From: Curvularia clavata
Taxonomy: Eukaryota
DNA length: 64,000 bases
Direction: 5' to 3'
Assembly: GCA_023920165.1 (NCBI GenBank)
Contig: CP089274.1
Span: 4,216,001 to 4,280,000 of the forward strand
In this document: in pieces, positions 23,888 through 39,273 of the stretch
How the letters are laid out: each line of letters begins with the position of its first letter
How positions within the stretch are numbered: position 1 is the first letter of the stretch
Made by a program: the position numbers and the translations under genes
The notes under the pieces: model-generated
Database searches by the model: none
What the model was told of the DNA's origin: nothing
The model's input: the letters and a program-made list of their open reading frames with translations, nothing else

Positions 23888-24951
23888 GGGTGACGTTGAG
23901 GCTCTCTGCGGTCTGACGTGCCGTTGAGTGATTTGCGCATGGGGTGCAGCTGAGGTGCCACGATACTGCAACGGCGAATCCAGGGCTTGAGACGCGGGAC
24001 CGGAGAATATGTTTGTATTTTATTTTTGTTGAACCTGGTTTCCTTTTGCGTTGCATAGCGAGGGCTTTGGGATCTTGTTCCCCTGGGACACACACACAGA
24101 TGTATTATTATTGTATGGCAGTGGAGACAGGGGTGTATGAGCTCGTCTGTCCTAGATACAACAAGCAGAGTTGATTATGAGGCGCCATGGGTTTTCGAGT
24201 CTTGCAGCTTGTGCGTCGGGATTCGAGTGGTTTGGTGGTGTTGATAGCAGCTGGGTGCATGCCAAGGACAGACACAGCTGGCGGCTAGCATCCAAGGCAG
24301 ATGTCCAATGCAGGACAATGCACCTGAGCGATGGCGCAGCCGCTCCAGATCGTGGCCATGTGAAATACAGGCTAGGGGTGGCTGGCGGTGCTAATAGTGG
24401 TGGTGCTGGCGCTGGTTGTTGTGCTGTGCTGGTCCTGTCTGGAGGAGCCGCCGACTGATGTCATAACTTGTCTCGCCTGCTTCTTTACCACTCGCCTCCG
24501 GGGCTGCCAACACCCGTCCTCCTCCCTCCTCGAGCCCAATCGCCTTATAGATCAGCCTGAAAAGTGTCCGACGCGGCTCACACCCGAAAAAGCGCGCATC
24601 CGCATCCACAGTTGCAGCAAGCGAACAGCCGTCGACCTGTCTTGTCTGCCCCCCCATCGCCGCCACGCTACCCAAGACCCCCCACCATCGCACCGCCAAT
24701 CAGCTGCCCGTCCAGCGCCAGGCGGGCTAAGCCCAGTGTCCAGTCGAGCAATTGAAGAAATCGCAAGCAGAGCAGCCAGCCTCGACATCTCCCTCTCTCC
24801 TCGACACAGTCGTCTGCCCAGCCGCGAGCCCATGAGCGCTGCCCAACGCGTCTGGAACGCCTAGCCGCAACGTCGCATCCCCATAGCAACCCCCTCCCCT
24901 CATATCTCAGCAGTCCGTGTCCGCGCAGCGCGTGGCGGGGGAAAAGCCACC

Positions 24952-27175
<2,224 letters not shown>

Positions 27176-28528
27176 ACCCCGGCCGTGCGCACTTTACGAG
27201 AGGTTGAATGAGGGGTTGCAAAGGCCCGAAGACGCTGATAGGCTAATGAGCAATGACGACGATGTTTCGCGGCTTTTTGGTCCATTAGCACGTGGTCGAG
27301 TCCCGCGAGCCACGGAAGGTCGACATAGTGGCAGGCTGGAATCCAACCTCGCTCATTTCGCAAAACCCCATGGAATTGGCTTTCTTTGCATGCAAAACTG
27401 TTTGGCGTTTTGTCCGACATGCTTTCCATCGGCGGTATTGGTACCTAGCGGCGGCTCACTTTTTTTTGTTTTTCCCGCAACATCATACACACGAGTTGTG
27501 TGTTTCGAAAGCATGCAGCTTGAGCGTAGTGTTTTGGACGATTGTGGCGAAACAGAAGGCGAAAGGGAGATAGGGAGAGAAGAGCTCTGTTGACTCTTGG
27601 TTCATTCTTTTCTTTTTTTTTCCTCTATTCCTCACTTGTGCAGATAGAGCATCTTATGATTCATGAAGCGCGCAAAAAGGATTCATTCATGTTTATGCTT
27701 CATTGGCCCCCCCTTCTTTCCCCCCCCCCCCCCCATGTTCATCGTGTTCGCTCGGTACATATACATAGAGATATACGAAAGGAATGCAAGCTCACGGTTG
27801 TTAGTTTGTTAAGGTTGCGGCAAGGGCGTCTTGTCGGTGCTAAACATAGTCCACCTGATAAAGCGTCAGCCACACTCGGTACGGACACACAGAGACGCTA
27901 GTGGCGCCTGCGTCGTCACGAGCCAACGCGGCCCTGGGCCACCACGGGCCAGGTAGCATTAGCATCGTCCCTTTCGTGTTCAAACAGCACAGAATCGGTT
28001 ACTGCATCAAGTATGCATCTTGTGCCCGCCACACGAGGCCATCTATCTTTGTACCGTGTACTTGTACCGTCCAAATGGGGGGGTCCGGCCAGGGCGACGC
28101 TTACCCTGCCTCGGATAGCTAGCTCAGCTCAGCTTTGCATATGCTCTTTTCGAGCCCAGACTAGCCCGGGCCTGGCCGAGCAAGGCGGTATACGAATGTG
28201 AATAGCTTGTGGGTTGCGTTGCTCGTCATCCAGCCCTCCCTTATTCTACTAGCCGTATTGTTTTTTTCGCCGGCCCCGAGTCGTGAGGTTTTGTACTAGT
28301 ACATCTGAGGGTGGGGGAGGGGGGAAGGGGTGGCTGGAGCATGGTTTGTATATATACCACATCATGCCCGGCGGCTGGTCTCGGATCACTACACTACGTA
28401 TTAATATCTCTCCGACTTGGGTTGACATTGCACGAATAACACCACTAGCTTTTCTTCTCTACCTGATTTGATTTGTTTCTTGTGTTTGGTTTTTCGTTTG
28501 CGAGTTGTATACCCCATCTCCAGTCATA

Positions 28529-29728
28529 ATGCTGCTTTCGACATCACTCCTCGTTGTATCTGCCTTGACACACAGTGTGCTCGGCCAGACACATACAGAT
28601 TGCAATCCCACCAAGAAGTGTAAGTCTCTCTTTTCTGTTCAGCCACTCAACGGTCCTCGTCTCCTTTTTTTTTCTTCAGACAAGATAAACTGACACTCCC
28701 TAGCATGTCCCGCCGATACAGCTCTCAGCACATCCTACTACAGCCATAACTTCAAAGATGGCGCCGACGACGACAACTGGAAGATGACGGCCTCAGGGGT
28801 CCACTATACACAGAACGGCGCCGAATTCACCATTTCCAAACAAGGCGACCACCCCACTATCCAATCCAACTGGTACATCTTCTTCGGCTCCGTATCCTTT
28901 CTCATGCGCATCGCGCCGGGCACTGGCATCGTGTCCTCCGCGATTCTTCAATCCGACGACCTGGACGAAATCGACTGGGAGTGGCTGGGCGGCCAAGCCG
29001 CCGAAGTGCAAACCAACTACTTCTCCAAAGGCAACACTGCGACCTACAACCGCATGGCTAAAGCCGGTATTCCCAGCGGAAACGCCGAAACCACTCTCCA
29101 CAACTACACCATCAACTGGACAAAGGACAGCATGCAGTGGATCATCGACAGCAACGTCGTCCGCGAAGTCACATACTCCGATGTTAACAGCGCATACGGA
29201 TACCCGCAGACGCCGATGAACGTTCGCATTGGTATCTGGGCGGGCGGCGACCCGAATAACTCCGCCGGCACGATTGAGTGGGCGGGCGGCGAGACAGACT
29301 ATACCAAGGGTCCGTACACGATGGTGATTGAGAAGGTAGAAGTGGTGAACTATGCACCTGCCAAGCAGTACTCTTACGGCGATATGAGCGGCAGCTATGA
29401 GAGTATTGTTGTAGATGGAAAGGGGGATTCGGGTGACAACAAGAGCAGTTCGGTCAAGCCGTCGAGCTCGGCGAGTGCCACAAAGTCTGCGAGTGCCACA
29501 AAGTCCATGACTACGTCTGTGTCGGTTTCCGCGTCGCCATCTGCGACTTCGTCTGCGGAGCCTACGTCCAGTGTGTCGGTGGAGGCGGATAAGGAGGGCG
29601 AGACGACAAAGGTGCAGGGAAATGTGGCAGCGGCCACGACAAGTGCGCTGCCGCAGTCCAACGGGGCTGGGGCGAAGAGTGTGCAGTGGGTGGCTGCCGT
29701 GCTGATGGCTGCGGTTGTTGCGCTGTAG
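28529..29728 (+). CDS. CRH1: GH16 Crh-family cell-wall transglycosylase, probably GPI-anchored; intron 28620-28703
   Basis: Signal peptide, QTHTDCNP..CP, DLDEIDWEW catalytic motif, PQTPM..GIWAGGD, Ser/Thr-rich stalk and hydrophobic C-terminal tail. Confidence 0.93.
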
Positions 29729-30493
29729 TAGGGTACTGAAGATGCTCTACAGTGTTTTTTGTTTTTGCTGAACTTGTACATATTGTAATAGATACCACAG
29801 CTTGCGTTTTTGTTTTGTAGATAGAAATACCAATTAGAATAATACCTTCACAGCAGTGCTCATTCATTCATCAATATGGATCTTGTCAGAACCTAGGAGG
29901 TGATTGGTACAGTAGATATGATCTCATTGATCGAAAAGATTCAGCGTTTGATTTACATGCCGTCGACCTAATCAGCGGCTGTTAGAGAAAAAGTAAATGA
30001 GAAATATGACATAGGAAGGAAATAAAAAGGAAAACGTATTGTGTACATGACCACGACATATGTGAACAACTCAGCATATCCAGACTTGACGTACCTACGT
30101 GTCCAGCCCGACAGTTCCGCGCGCAAACTAGTCAGCTGGCTTGATTCTTTTTTAAGTGAAACATGAAGATCGGAGTCGTGGTCAGATTCATGAACAGTGG
30201 CAAAGATCAAGGCAGATAAGGTATCTCAGTACATGCACTATAGTATCGCACGCGTCAGGCGTGAATGCTTTTCTAGACCTGTGTGTTACATCGACTGTCA
30301 TACAGAACGGACATGCTGCGATCCCGACACACGCGCGTTACAGCCAGCATCTGCTGTACCACGTCCCACTTGCCCACACCAAATCCACATCAGAGAAAAA
30401 GGGAAGATCTTTTTTGTAACTTTCGCATCGGCGTTATTTAGCCCGCCATTACCAAAAAAAACAAAAGTATTATACACTATCATCGCATTCCTC

Positions 30494-32158
30494 TTATTTC
30501 GCCTTCTGCCCCGCCCTCCTCTTCTTACCCCCCTCGTAATCCACAATCCCGCGCTTGCGATGATTCTGCGCGGTTTTCCACCGCACATACAGCATGACTG
30601 CGTCTTTGAGGCCGATGAAAAGACACCCGCCGACGATGCTGCGACCCCACCGCGTTTGCAGGAAACCTGTTGGTTTGCCTACGCCTCCTACCCTGCCGCC
30701 GTGTTTGACCCAGCCACCCAGCCACGATACGGCTGGTGCGCTGGAGGGCGGGTTGACCCAAGACGAAGGGAGAGTGTGCCGTAGGAGCTCGCCTATAGCG
30801 GCGGCTATGGTAGGGAAGATGAGGGCGCCGAGGATAGTGTCTGCAAGGGACGTGGTGGAGAAGGTGACTCCGCGTTCGCGCCGCACACGTCGGGGTTGCT
30901 GTGGTGCTGGCTGCTGAATAGGGACATTTGGCGCTGGTGCTGGGTTCGCGTGGAGATTAACCGCAGCTGGTGCTTCGTCGTCAGTCTCCCATTCGCCTTC
31001 TTGTTCCGCTGCATCGGCTTCTTCTACTGGACGCGCCTCGTTGTTTCCGTCACCGCCGTCATTCCAGTCGGCGAAAATGTCAAAGTCTAGCTCAATCTCG
31101 ACTTCCTCCACTGCGCCTACGTCAGCCTCGTGGTCGTGTGCGTGGTTGCCATCCTCGTGGTTTTGCAAATCGGCGTCACTGTTTTCACCAGCTCGCGGCT
31201 GTATCTCCCTGAGCCACTGTTGTTCCCGTGGCAGCCACACACGCTCGTAGTATGCATTGTAGAAGCCCCGGATATATGGTAGTGCCGCAAAGGAGAACGC
31301 AGCGCTTGGAGGCCACTGCAGCTGGAGCATCTCGTCCCCTGGTTGGCCTGAGCTGACGAAAAAGATGAGCGGAAGAAAAGGCAGGAAAGAATCGGCAAAC
31401 GTCGTTCTACTTGCGACCAATACGGTAGGTATCAGTGGTAGTCCGAGGTCCAGTCTCCAATGGTGTCTCAGGTGGTCGAGCCATTGCATGATGACCGAAT
31501 TGACTCCTCGATTTGGTGTCTCGTACAGTGGACCGAGAATCTGAAGTGCGTCCTCTGTACCGAAGATTTGGTATATGGTCGCTGTGCCCGATAGTGTCAA
31601 AGTCGAGTATAGCGCTGTTCCTGTGAAAAGAGCGAATCCAGGAAGCTGAAGGCTGCTGACTACACGCTCGATGCGCCTTACCGCATTCACAACATAGCTC
31701 TTTGGCCGTTGAACTTTGATCTCGCTCTTGCATTGTGGACATAATATCTTGCCCACCGATGTACCCGCGCGCCGCCGTGCACTTGGCGCCTCCATATCCG
31801 CAATCCAATCTAACAGACACTTCTCGTGCGCTACTAATGAGCAAGCGCAAGGGTTGCGCCACTCTGATGTTGTCTCATCATCCTCTGTCTCGTCATTGAA
31901 ACAGATCCAGCACTTGCGTGGCTCGTCGTCCTCGTCTTGTTGCGGCGCCGTGTATTGGGTGGGCGTGTCGTGTTGTTCTTGGGGTGCGGAAGCGGCTGAT
32001 TGTGACGGCGCTTTGTTGAGCAGAAGCGTTTGCGAGTCTACGGATTGACCGGAGAGGCTGTTAGTCCGATCAGTTCGGTCCTGTTGCGAAAGGGACGATT
32101 CAGCCGGCGGCGAAGGTCGATGTTGCGACGCGGGGCGCTGCGGCGGAAGAGACGCCAT
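30494..32158 (-). CDS. RING-CH (RINGv) membrane E3 ubiquitin ligase, MARCH5-like
   Basis: CWICF..W.NPCACSLVAHEKCLLDWI..CPQC, TM segments, ILGALIFPTIA and GRSIVGGCLFIGLKDAVMLYVRW. Confidence 0.9.
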   Translation of the reverse strand: MASLPPQRPASQHRPSPPAESSLSQQDRTDRTNSLSGQSVDSQTLLLNKAPSQSAASAPQEQHDTPTQYTAPQQDEDDEPRKCWICFNDETEDDETTSEWRNPCACSLVAHEKCLLDWIADMEAPSARRRAGTSVGKILCPQCKSEIKVQRPKSYVVNAVRRIERVVSSLQLPGFALFTGTALYSTLTLSGTATIYQIFGTEDALQILGPLYETPNRGVNSVIMQWLDHLRHHWRLDLGLPLIPTVLVASRTTFADSFLPFLPLIFFVSSGQPGDEMLQLQWPPSAAFSFAALPYIRGFYNAYYERVWLPREQQWLREIQPRAGENSDADLQNHEDGNHAHDHEADVGAVEEVEIELDFDIFADWNDGGDGNNEARPVEEADAAEQEGEWETDDEAPAAVNLHANPAPAPNVPIQQPAPQQPRRVRRERGVTFSTTSLADTILGALIFPTIAAAIGELLRHTLPSSWVNPPSSAPAVSWLGGWVKHGGRVGGVGKPTGFLQTRWGRSIVGGCLFIGLKDAVMLYVRWKTAQNHRKRGIVDYEGGKKRRAGQKAK

Positions 32159-32864
32159 GTCGCGGGAGTCAGTGGAGACGAGATGGATGGCCGATGTTGT
32201 GCTGTGATGTCGGTCGAAGTAAGACGCGGAAAGGGAACGTCAAGATAGACTCCTCGGCACGAATAAGCGTCAGGCACTTTGTGAGTAATAGTGTGGATCG
32301 ATGCAGTGGACCGATGGTGTAGTTTAGCTCGGTGTTTGTTCACTAGACCTCCCGAGCGGCAAGACGTCACCAACCACCCCTGTCAGTCTCTAGCGCCGCC
32401 AAGGCAGAGCACGTGTGCTGAACATCACCATCGATTGTGGACCTTGTAAGGTGGAAAACTCGGAATCGTAATGCAATTGATTATGAACTCGAACATATAC
32501 CTAATGGCTGCGTGGAACCACCTAAGATGAACAACATGGGTCATCTCTTCAGCCAGAACCAGGTTGCTCAACAACCAGTCGGCAAGTCGAATGTATTCTC
32601 TGTCGCGCATCTGAGCGGCATTCTACGCAGTTTTAATTGAGGTTAAATGTTCAATCTGCTGTTGTGAGTGAACTAACTGTGCTGCAAGCTTCAACACCTA
32701 TTTCACGAGCAAACCATTCACAATCTCAAAGCCACTCGATGCTATACACCCGCATCTTTTCCTTTTCTCTTCGCCTAGGACCAAGGTACCTCTCCATCCA
32801 TCGTCGCACATAAATCTTGGAAAGCGCAAGGTTAAAAGCGACAGCCAAGCCCAGTTTTGAACCA

Positions 32865-33650
32865 CTACCTCAGGTCCGGCGGTGTATGCTTGGCATAGCC
32901 TTGGGTGTATCCCCAGTAATAAGGCTTCCGTTGAAAAGCGACATAGTCTTGGGCTTGATACCAGTACATGGACTGAGATTGCTGTTGTGTGTGGGCGATG
33001 TGTAGAGGTAGCCTGGCGAGTTGTTCGTTGACGAGGTCGCGGTGCATGACTGTGTTTGGGGAGAATTGAACACTTGGTACTTGTCTTGCAGATGGCTGAT
33101 GCGTATCTTGGTGTTGGTTATAAGGACACTGGATTATCGAAGATGGACGAGAGACATCTTCAGAGTTGGTTTCCCTAGGGAATTTTGGGACCGGTGATGG
33201 ATACTGAGTCGGATCTTGGGGTTCTGGTAGAGTTTCAACGCCGCCGTTGCGCCAGTGATATGTGATGCTGTCGACATCGGGAAGTTGTTTGCCGTTGCCA
33301 TGCTCGTCGACTTCATCTTCGTCGCTCTTCTCATCGTTTTCTCCTGTGGCCAGCCCTTTGTGTGCCGCACCTTTTCCTACTTTTTTTCCAATCCGCTCCC
33401 AGCTTCTAGATGGGACAAACCGAGTCCCGGAATCACAAATTGGAGGATAGTAGGTGACAGGCTTGACATCAGGGTCAATCTCGATCCCATCCTGTTGCAA
33501 ACAATGACTGCAATCCCCACATGCGCTCTCAAGCAAGAATCGGTGATGCGATTCGAAAAGTCCATCGCATCCTTCATGTGCGCAATGGTAGTGGAGCGCG
33601 TAGTGTTGATGCTGGTTTTCTGGATGCGACTCAAAGAAAGCAATGCACAT
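32865..33650 (-). CDS. Hypothetical protein with Cys/His-rich N-terminus and disordered C-terminus
   Basis: 261-aa ATG ORF with MC..H.H..HC...C..HH....CGDCSHC. No family recognised. Confidence 0.55.
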   Translation of the reverse strand: MCIAFFESHPENQHQHYALHYHCAHEGCDGLFESHHRFLLESACGDCSHCLQQDGIEIDPDVKPVTYYPPICDSGTRFVPSRSWERIGKKVGKGAAHKGLATGENDEKSDEDEVDEHGNGKQLPDVDSITYHWRNGGVETLPEPQDPTQYPSPVPKFPRETNSEDVSRPSSIIQCPYNQHQDTHQPSARQVPSVQFSPNTVMHRDLVNEQLARLPLHIAHTQQQSQSMYWYQAQDYVAFQRKPYYWGYTQGYAKHTPPDLR

Positions 33651-36435
33651 CCCTGCAACTTCGAAGTTTGTTTTCGCAATTATGACGATAGCGCTTTTGA
33701 GGATTTAGCAACGAAACGAATTTCTTCAACGCCAAGTTAAAGTGTCGATGCGGATGGAGAGATGGGTTGAAGCGCTTTACATTGAGAGTGTCATGAATAA
33801 GAACATATCCAATACCGCGGTATTGCATTTATCTTGATAGAAACGTGTTCTAGAAACTACTCAGAGTGAAAGTGAATAACCAAACCCTGGTCATGGAGCT
33901 GACGGATGCAAGAGTGAAAAGGGCTTTGTCTATCTCTCTCCCCTCCAGCAGGGCGTCAACCGGCATCAAGGATTGCGCATCATCTACGTTCCTGCGGCAA
34001 GAAACAATGGTGATTGCTGGGTCCAGTTGTGTTGAAAGAAATGCGAACTAAGAGCGTTGTAGAAACATGACCGAAGTACAAGAGCGATAACTATGCAGAT
34101 GCAGCTCTGACTTCCTTTTCGTGCATAGGATACTGTAACAAGAACCTTTATACTCAAGAGATTATATTCTCATCTTTTGTATCTTCGAACGCAGACATAT
34201 GGTAACCGCTGGATCTTCGTGGGTTGTTATGACCGAGGACTTTCCAGAGCCTTACGTGGGATTCGATCCGCGAGAGTCGCGCCAGAATACAATCGATGCC
34301 TCGACTGTGTTCAGATTCTTTCCGATGCAAACACAGCGCTTGATTATTGTATATATCATCTGGAAGACGTTGAGCCGTGCAAAGACCCCGTTCTCAATGA
34401 CGGAATCGGAGCCACTACCAACTTTGCTAAACCCCTGAAGTTACGTTCCTTGTCTATATTTATTTGCAGAACTTTGGAGAGTTTCCAAAATGAATGAGAC
34501 AATCTTTCCTACGATGTATCAGGTAGCACCGGATGGCAATTAGAATGACCCAATCAACTTGCTCTATACTATCTGCCTTGAGTGATTCCATGGTGCTGAC
34601 TGCATCTATTTGGATGGCAGAATCAAGCTTGACTGGTTTTCATATCGTTCTCTCACCCTTGAGAAGTATTTACTGTGATAATATTTTGGAGGAAGGGGCC
34701 GGCTAACGGCCATGGCAATGTGTTTGGGTGGGCTACAATGGTCTCAAGAAACCCATGGCCAGCACCCAAGGGTCTCGACAAGCAAAACAAACCAAACCAT
34801 CTCCCTGCGCGTAGCCCAAGAATCAGTCAATGATAGGGGAGTATGGCTCAGCATGTTGTGTCTAAGTAGCAGCTTGGGGCTTTGGCTCTCAATAACACAA
34901 CCACAACTGGGAAAGCCGTTATCGGGCGAACCGAGGGCAACGCCAGATGCTACCGCGCCGCGAGCGGACCACTGTAAAGTATGCTCAGCTGCCTCTTAGG
35001 GCGTCGACTTGTCAGCATAGTCTATCCATCGCAACCGCTCATGCTCCCCAGTCAATCTCCAGCTAGGTACCGCTTTCGTCTTTGCCACCTTGACAAGCAC
35101 TCTAAGCCAAAGGACAGCAGAGGGACTGTTACGTTGTTCCTGTTCACGACATCCGAGTACCGGACAGCCGGCTAGAAATTTTGAGCAGCATTGTGCCTAC
35201 CCAGGCAAGACTACGATGCTACATTCAGGCTAACGCTTTACAGCAGCACCTGCATCGTATCCTCGCTAAGGATACGACTGTCGGCTCTCCCCTGTTCTCT
35301 TGGCCCCCAGCAACGGAAAACGGACCGGGCCCTGGCCCGTACTGAGAGGCGTCGCTAGCCAGATGCGAACCAATCCCGTTCTCGCCTCCGCATTCAGGGA
35401 CACATGTACAGAACATGGCGCCACCCGCAACGCTCGAGCATCACTGCTCAGATCAGCTCATGTGTATGCCCAGACATCAACATTAACCCGCACTGCATAG
35501 GCTATTCTCACTAACTACTACACTAATGCGCACGAAGCCGTCCTTGGTGTTGGCGTAGTCGGCCTGAACGCTGCTGAGAATCCCAGGAACAGACAGCTAG
35601 ATAGCACATAGCTACCTCGCATCAGGCTATCAACATAGTGTCGTGTGCGCACATTGGGTTGGAGCAGATTGACTCTCTGAGCGTCAATGTCAGCTACGGC
35701 TGCGACTTGCAGACACTGCACCTGATGAAGCTGGATGACAACGATGAAGCTAGGTAATGGCGATGCACCACTTACGCCTGACAATACCCGCTACGGATAG
35801 ACGGAACAACGCTTCCCTGCGCAACACAAGTCATGGCCAGATTCAACATGATACACTATACCCAATTTTTCAACTATTAGCAATGAAAAGAAAGAAAACA
35901 ATAAGGTGAACTCTGGGCCACCGGTTGTAGGTACGCTGCTTACAGCGCTAAACCCCAATAGGTTATTTGTACGCAGTCAATGCTGCAATCCTACATCGGG
36001 TATATGAGATCCACATCTTGGAACGAGAGAAGTGATCTTCGATTCGTCACTCGGGGACTAACGCACTGGCCTGATTTACTTCTTCCTCAGGCGTCCCAAA
36101 TCCTGAGTATGTCAATGTTCACACTCTCCCTTTAGAGAAGGAAACTGCGAGAACTTCCCGCGGAGAGACAGCGCAGAATGTTGCTGCAAGAGCATATACC
36201 GGAAGGTCTCTCAGGTGACTGAATGAAGAGAGAAGCCTGGCTTGATGTATAAAAGGCAGGCAGTTATCCCTATACCTGAGAAATATCCAGACAGTATCAG
36301 CCTACGGATAACAGTCATTCGGTCGCACACACAAACCAAAACCTTGAAAGAGATCTCCTCAAACAAGTTCAAGCAAGTCCTTCAACCATATTTATATGCA
36401 TCCGTCTTCATATTCTAATACAACTTTAGTCAACA

Positions 36436-36837
36436 ATGAAGTTCCTCACCTTCGTCCCCTTCCTCCTTGCCCTTGGAGCTACGGCACGCGACGCTCCCGT
36501 TGAGGGAGAGGCTGTGATGGATCTTTCCAATGATCGCCCAAGCCATGCCGACGTTGAACGCTCTGATGTTCAGCTCGTGGGTAGTAGCACTGCCAACCCA
36601 CGTAGCCTGCGCAGCGGAAATCTCATCAAGCGTGAGTGTCAGGCAGGAGGCAGCTTTGGCTGCTCTAAGAAGGGTTGGTGCTGGAAGGAATGTGGCAGTG
36701 GTAACTGGTGCTGGACTGCTCACCAGGGAGGCAGTGGCCAGTGGATTTCTTGTGGCAAGGCTTCTGACTGCAACCGGGGCCAGGCTTGCAGCATTGGGGG
36801 CTGCAAGGAGTGCGGATGCAGTGGATGCACTAAATAG
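36436..36837 (+). CDS. Small secreted Cys/Trp-rich prepro-protein (IDI-1-like / antimicrobial-like)
   Basis: Signal peptide, pro-region ending in KR, and a 67-aa mature part with 12 Cys (GCSKKGWCWKECG..WCWTA..G.W..C..DC). TATAAAA near 36248. Confidence 0.85.
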   Translation: MKFLTFVPFLLALGATARDAPVEGEAVMDLSNDRPSHADVERSDVQLVGSSTANPRSLRSGNLIKRECQAGGSFGCSKKGWCWKECGSGNWCWTAHQGGSGQWISCGKASDCNRGQACSIGGCKECGCSGCTK

Positions 36838-37183
36838 GCTGAGGTAGCATGTAGGAGTGCGTTTAGGGGGCGTGTATGCTACTTATAGCATACATGCCTT
36901 TAAGCAGCTCAGACGTAGTAAAGACGCGCAGCAATCAAGAAACCTAGTTTTTGCTGCAGTATAACTCGGAAGTCGCTTCAGTGAGGAGATATTGTAAAAA
37001 AGTCCATCAACCTCTTAAGAAGAAATAGGTCATGATAGCGTTTTAGTATGTTTGCTATACTTACCCCAAGTCGCTAGCTTTTAGAGTAGATATTCTTGTA
37101 CTACTCTTTTGTCTTCTTTGCCCCTTTCATGTCCTTGAGTGCTGTTGTATTAGTGACAAGAACAGAGACCAGAAAGCTGTTTC

Positions 37184-39273
37184 CTATCCGTACATAGCGT
37201 CTGGGAATTTTCCCACGACATCATTCCACAGACCTACCTCTAAAACGGTATCGTCCTTCCAACGTACTCCATACCTCATCATCACACCTTTGTGTTCCAG
37301 GTATCTCGAAATTTCATCACCTGTTTGTGTACTCATTCCTTCCACACCTTCCATAGTTGTTTTCAGCAATCTGGCGATAGAGAAACTGCTTGCATAATCC
37401 CGTATGAAAACTTTCCTGCAGTAGAAAAGAACAACTCCAATAGCCAAGATTTGTCCCGCGAAAAGGCACACTAGGACTGCAATTGTTTTGTTCAGCTCGA
37501 CCTTCAAACGGACATCCACGAATCGACGCTCAGACGCTCCTGGGATCCGGGTCACCTTTGGTATTTGAATGTCAGCACCTAGGATGGCTAGAAGAGGAAG
37601 GCGTGCCGTAAGGTGCGCAGCATGCAGATTGGCCTCAGGTGGAATACCGTGTTTTGGATTGAAAATATCGTCTCCGTCCTTTTTGATCGCATTGTTGAGA
37701 TAGTTTGCGAAATGTTCGTTCTTGTTCATGCCAGAGTAGGTTCTCATTGTGTAGTCCCTCACGTCATCCGACCACACGCGATCAAAAGAACCAATTCGGT
37801 GCAGGATATTTGAAACGTTGAATGTTTTACTGTGGGGTGATTCGAGTAGCCCAAATCCCGGTATGCTGTTGTTATGGTTAGTACACGTATAGCACTCGAA
37901 CAATACCGCGTTACGGTTGCCTTGGTCTTCAACGTCCAGATAGGATTCAGCATAAAGATCTGAGTTATCTATTGTGAGAACTTGAGGAATGCACAATACA
38001 TGTTAGTACTTACATGTTGTCTCGCATGCTGATTCCTCATATAGTTTTTCATAATTCAGCGGAGCCGTCCATATGATATCGTCTTGAGGATACTGGTAGA
38101 CTCTAGAGATTATGTTCCGAACATTCATCAATGTGTCATTGTTATCTTCACAATATTAGTTAAGCTTGTTCAGTGACTCCATAGTATAGCCCGGTGGAAG
38201 TTTGTGCTTACATGGATCTCCGACCATCTGCTCATGTTCAGATGACGACACGAATCTTCCAATACATATGGATGAACTATGGAGCGCCTCAGTTTTGGAT
38301 GAGCTGACTTCATCACCGTGGTACTCTTTCAAGTAGTATGAGTAAGCTGCGTTATCTCCGCCAACCACGCGGTTCAAGCCATGTCCATTTATGTTTGTTA
38401 CATTATAGGTCGATAGGTTCTTAGAATCGAAATCGCCATCTGGTACGTTTGAAAGGCCTATGGTTGCGTAACAATTCATGCGTCCTGTCTTGGTCATTAA
38501 TCATGCACAACCAATGACATAACTAGCTACTACTATTGGACTTACGGAGGTTTTGATCAAGAAAATCATACCTAGATGAATAGTTCGAGGAGCTACTACT
38601 GGCGAGCATCGAATCATCGAACCAGTCATTTGTGTCCCAATTGGTGACTCGCGTGGGGTATTCTATCCCCAGCTGCTCGTTCAAATCAAATGTTAATCCG
38701 AACACCGCGACGCTTAGCCGACCAATGATATTGACGAGCAAATAACCCATGACGACTGCTGTGGCAATGCACCACTTTCGTTTGTGGATGGTATGTGTCC
38801 AGATGAGCCGAAAGGCTCCAGTTGGATTCGGCATACCTAAAATCAAATCGACCTAGTTGAAATCATTAGCATGACGAGGCGCTTGTATCGTAAGATCTTC
38901 ATACATCAGTTGGCGTATGAAGCTTGTGTGCTAGCAGAGGCCAACGAAGCATGCTGCCTAATAGGCCCAAAAGCGAACCTGTGCTCAGGCTCACCAGCGA
39001 TGAGAACAATATGGCCAATGCATTGAACCAGCGTTTCTCCCAACGACTGAGGACGCCCTTTAGCGAGAAACTGTAAAGAATGACCGTGATGACAATGCTA
39101 AATATGAGTGTAGCCGTCAAGCGCCAACAAATTTCGGTCCAAAAGAATCGGCCGTGATGCCTTGGACGCTTCATGGGTTGAATGGGAGGCTCGTTCAAAT
39201 CAGCCGAAGCTCTTGGGGGAGGGACTGACATAGAGTGATTAATCGGTTTATATCTTCTAAAACGGTTGACCAT
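37184..39273 (-). CDS. Multi-exon fungal membrane protein of unknown function
   Basis: Co-linear ORFs 38899-39273, 38523-38846, 38156-38497 and 37184-37996 separated by intron-like gaps (e.g. ~38853-38904). N-terminal TM helices and one C-terminal TM. Internal exon boundaries not all resolved. Confidence 0.7.

Noticed and set aside
33866..34497. Two short plus-strand ORFs that might form a gene
   Set aside because: No recognisable motif and no convincing spliced model.
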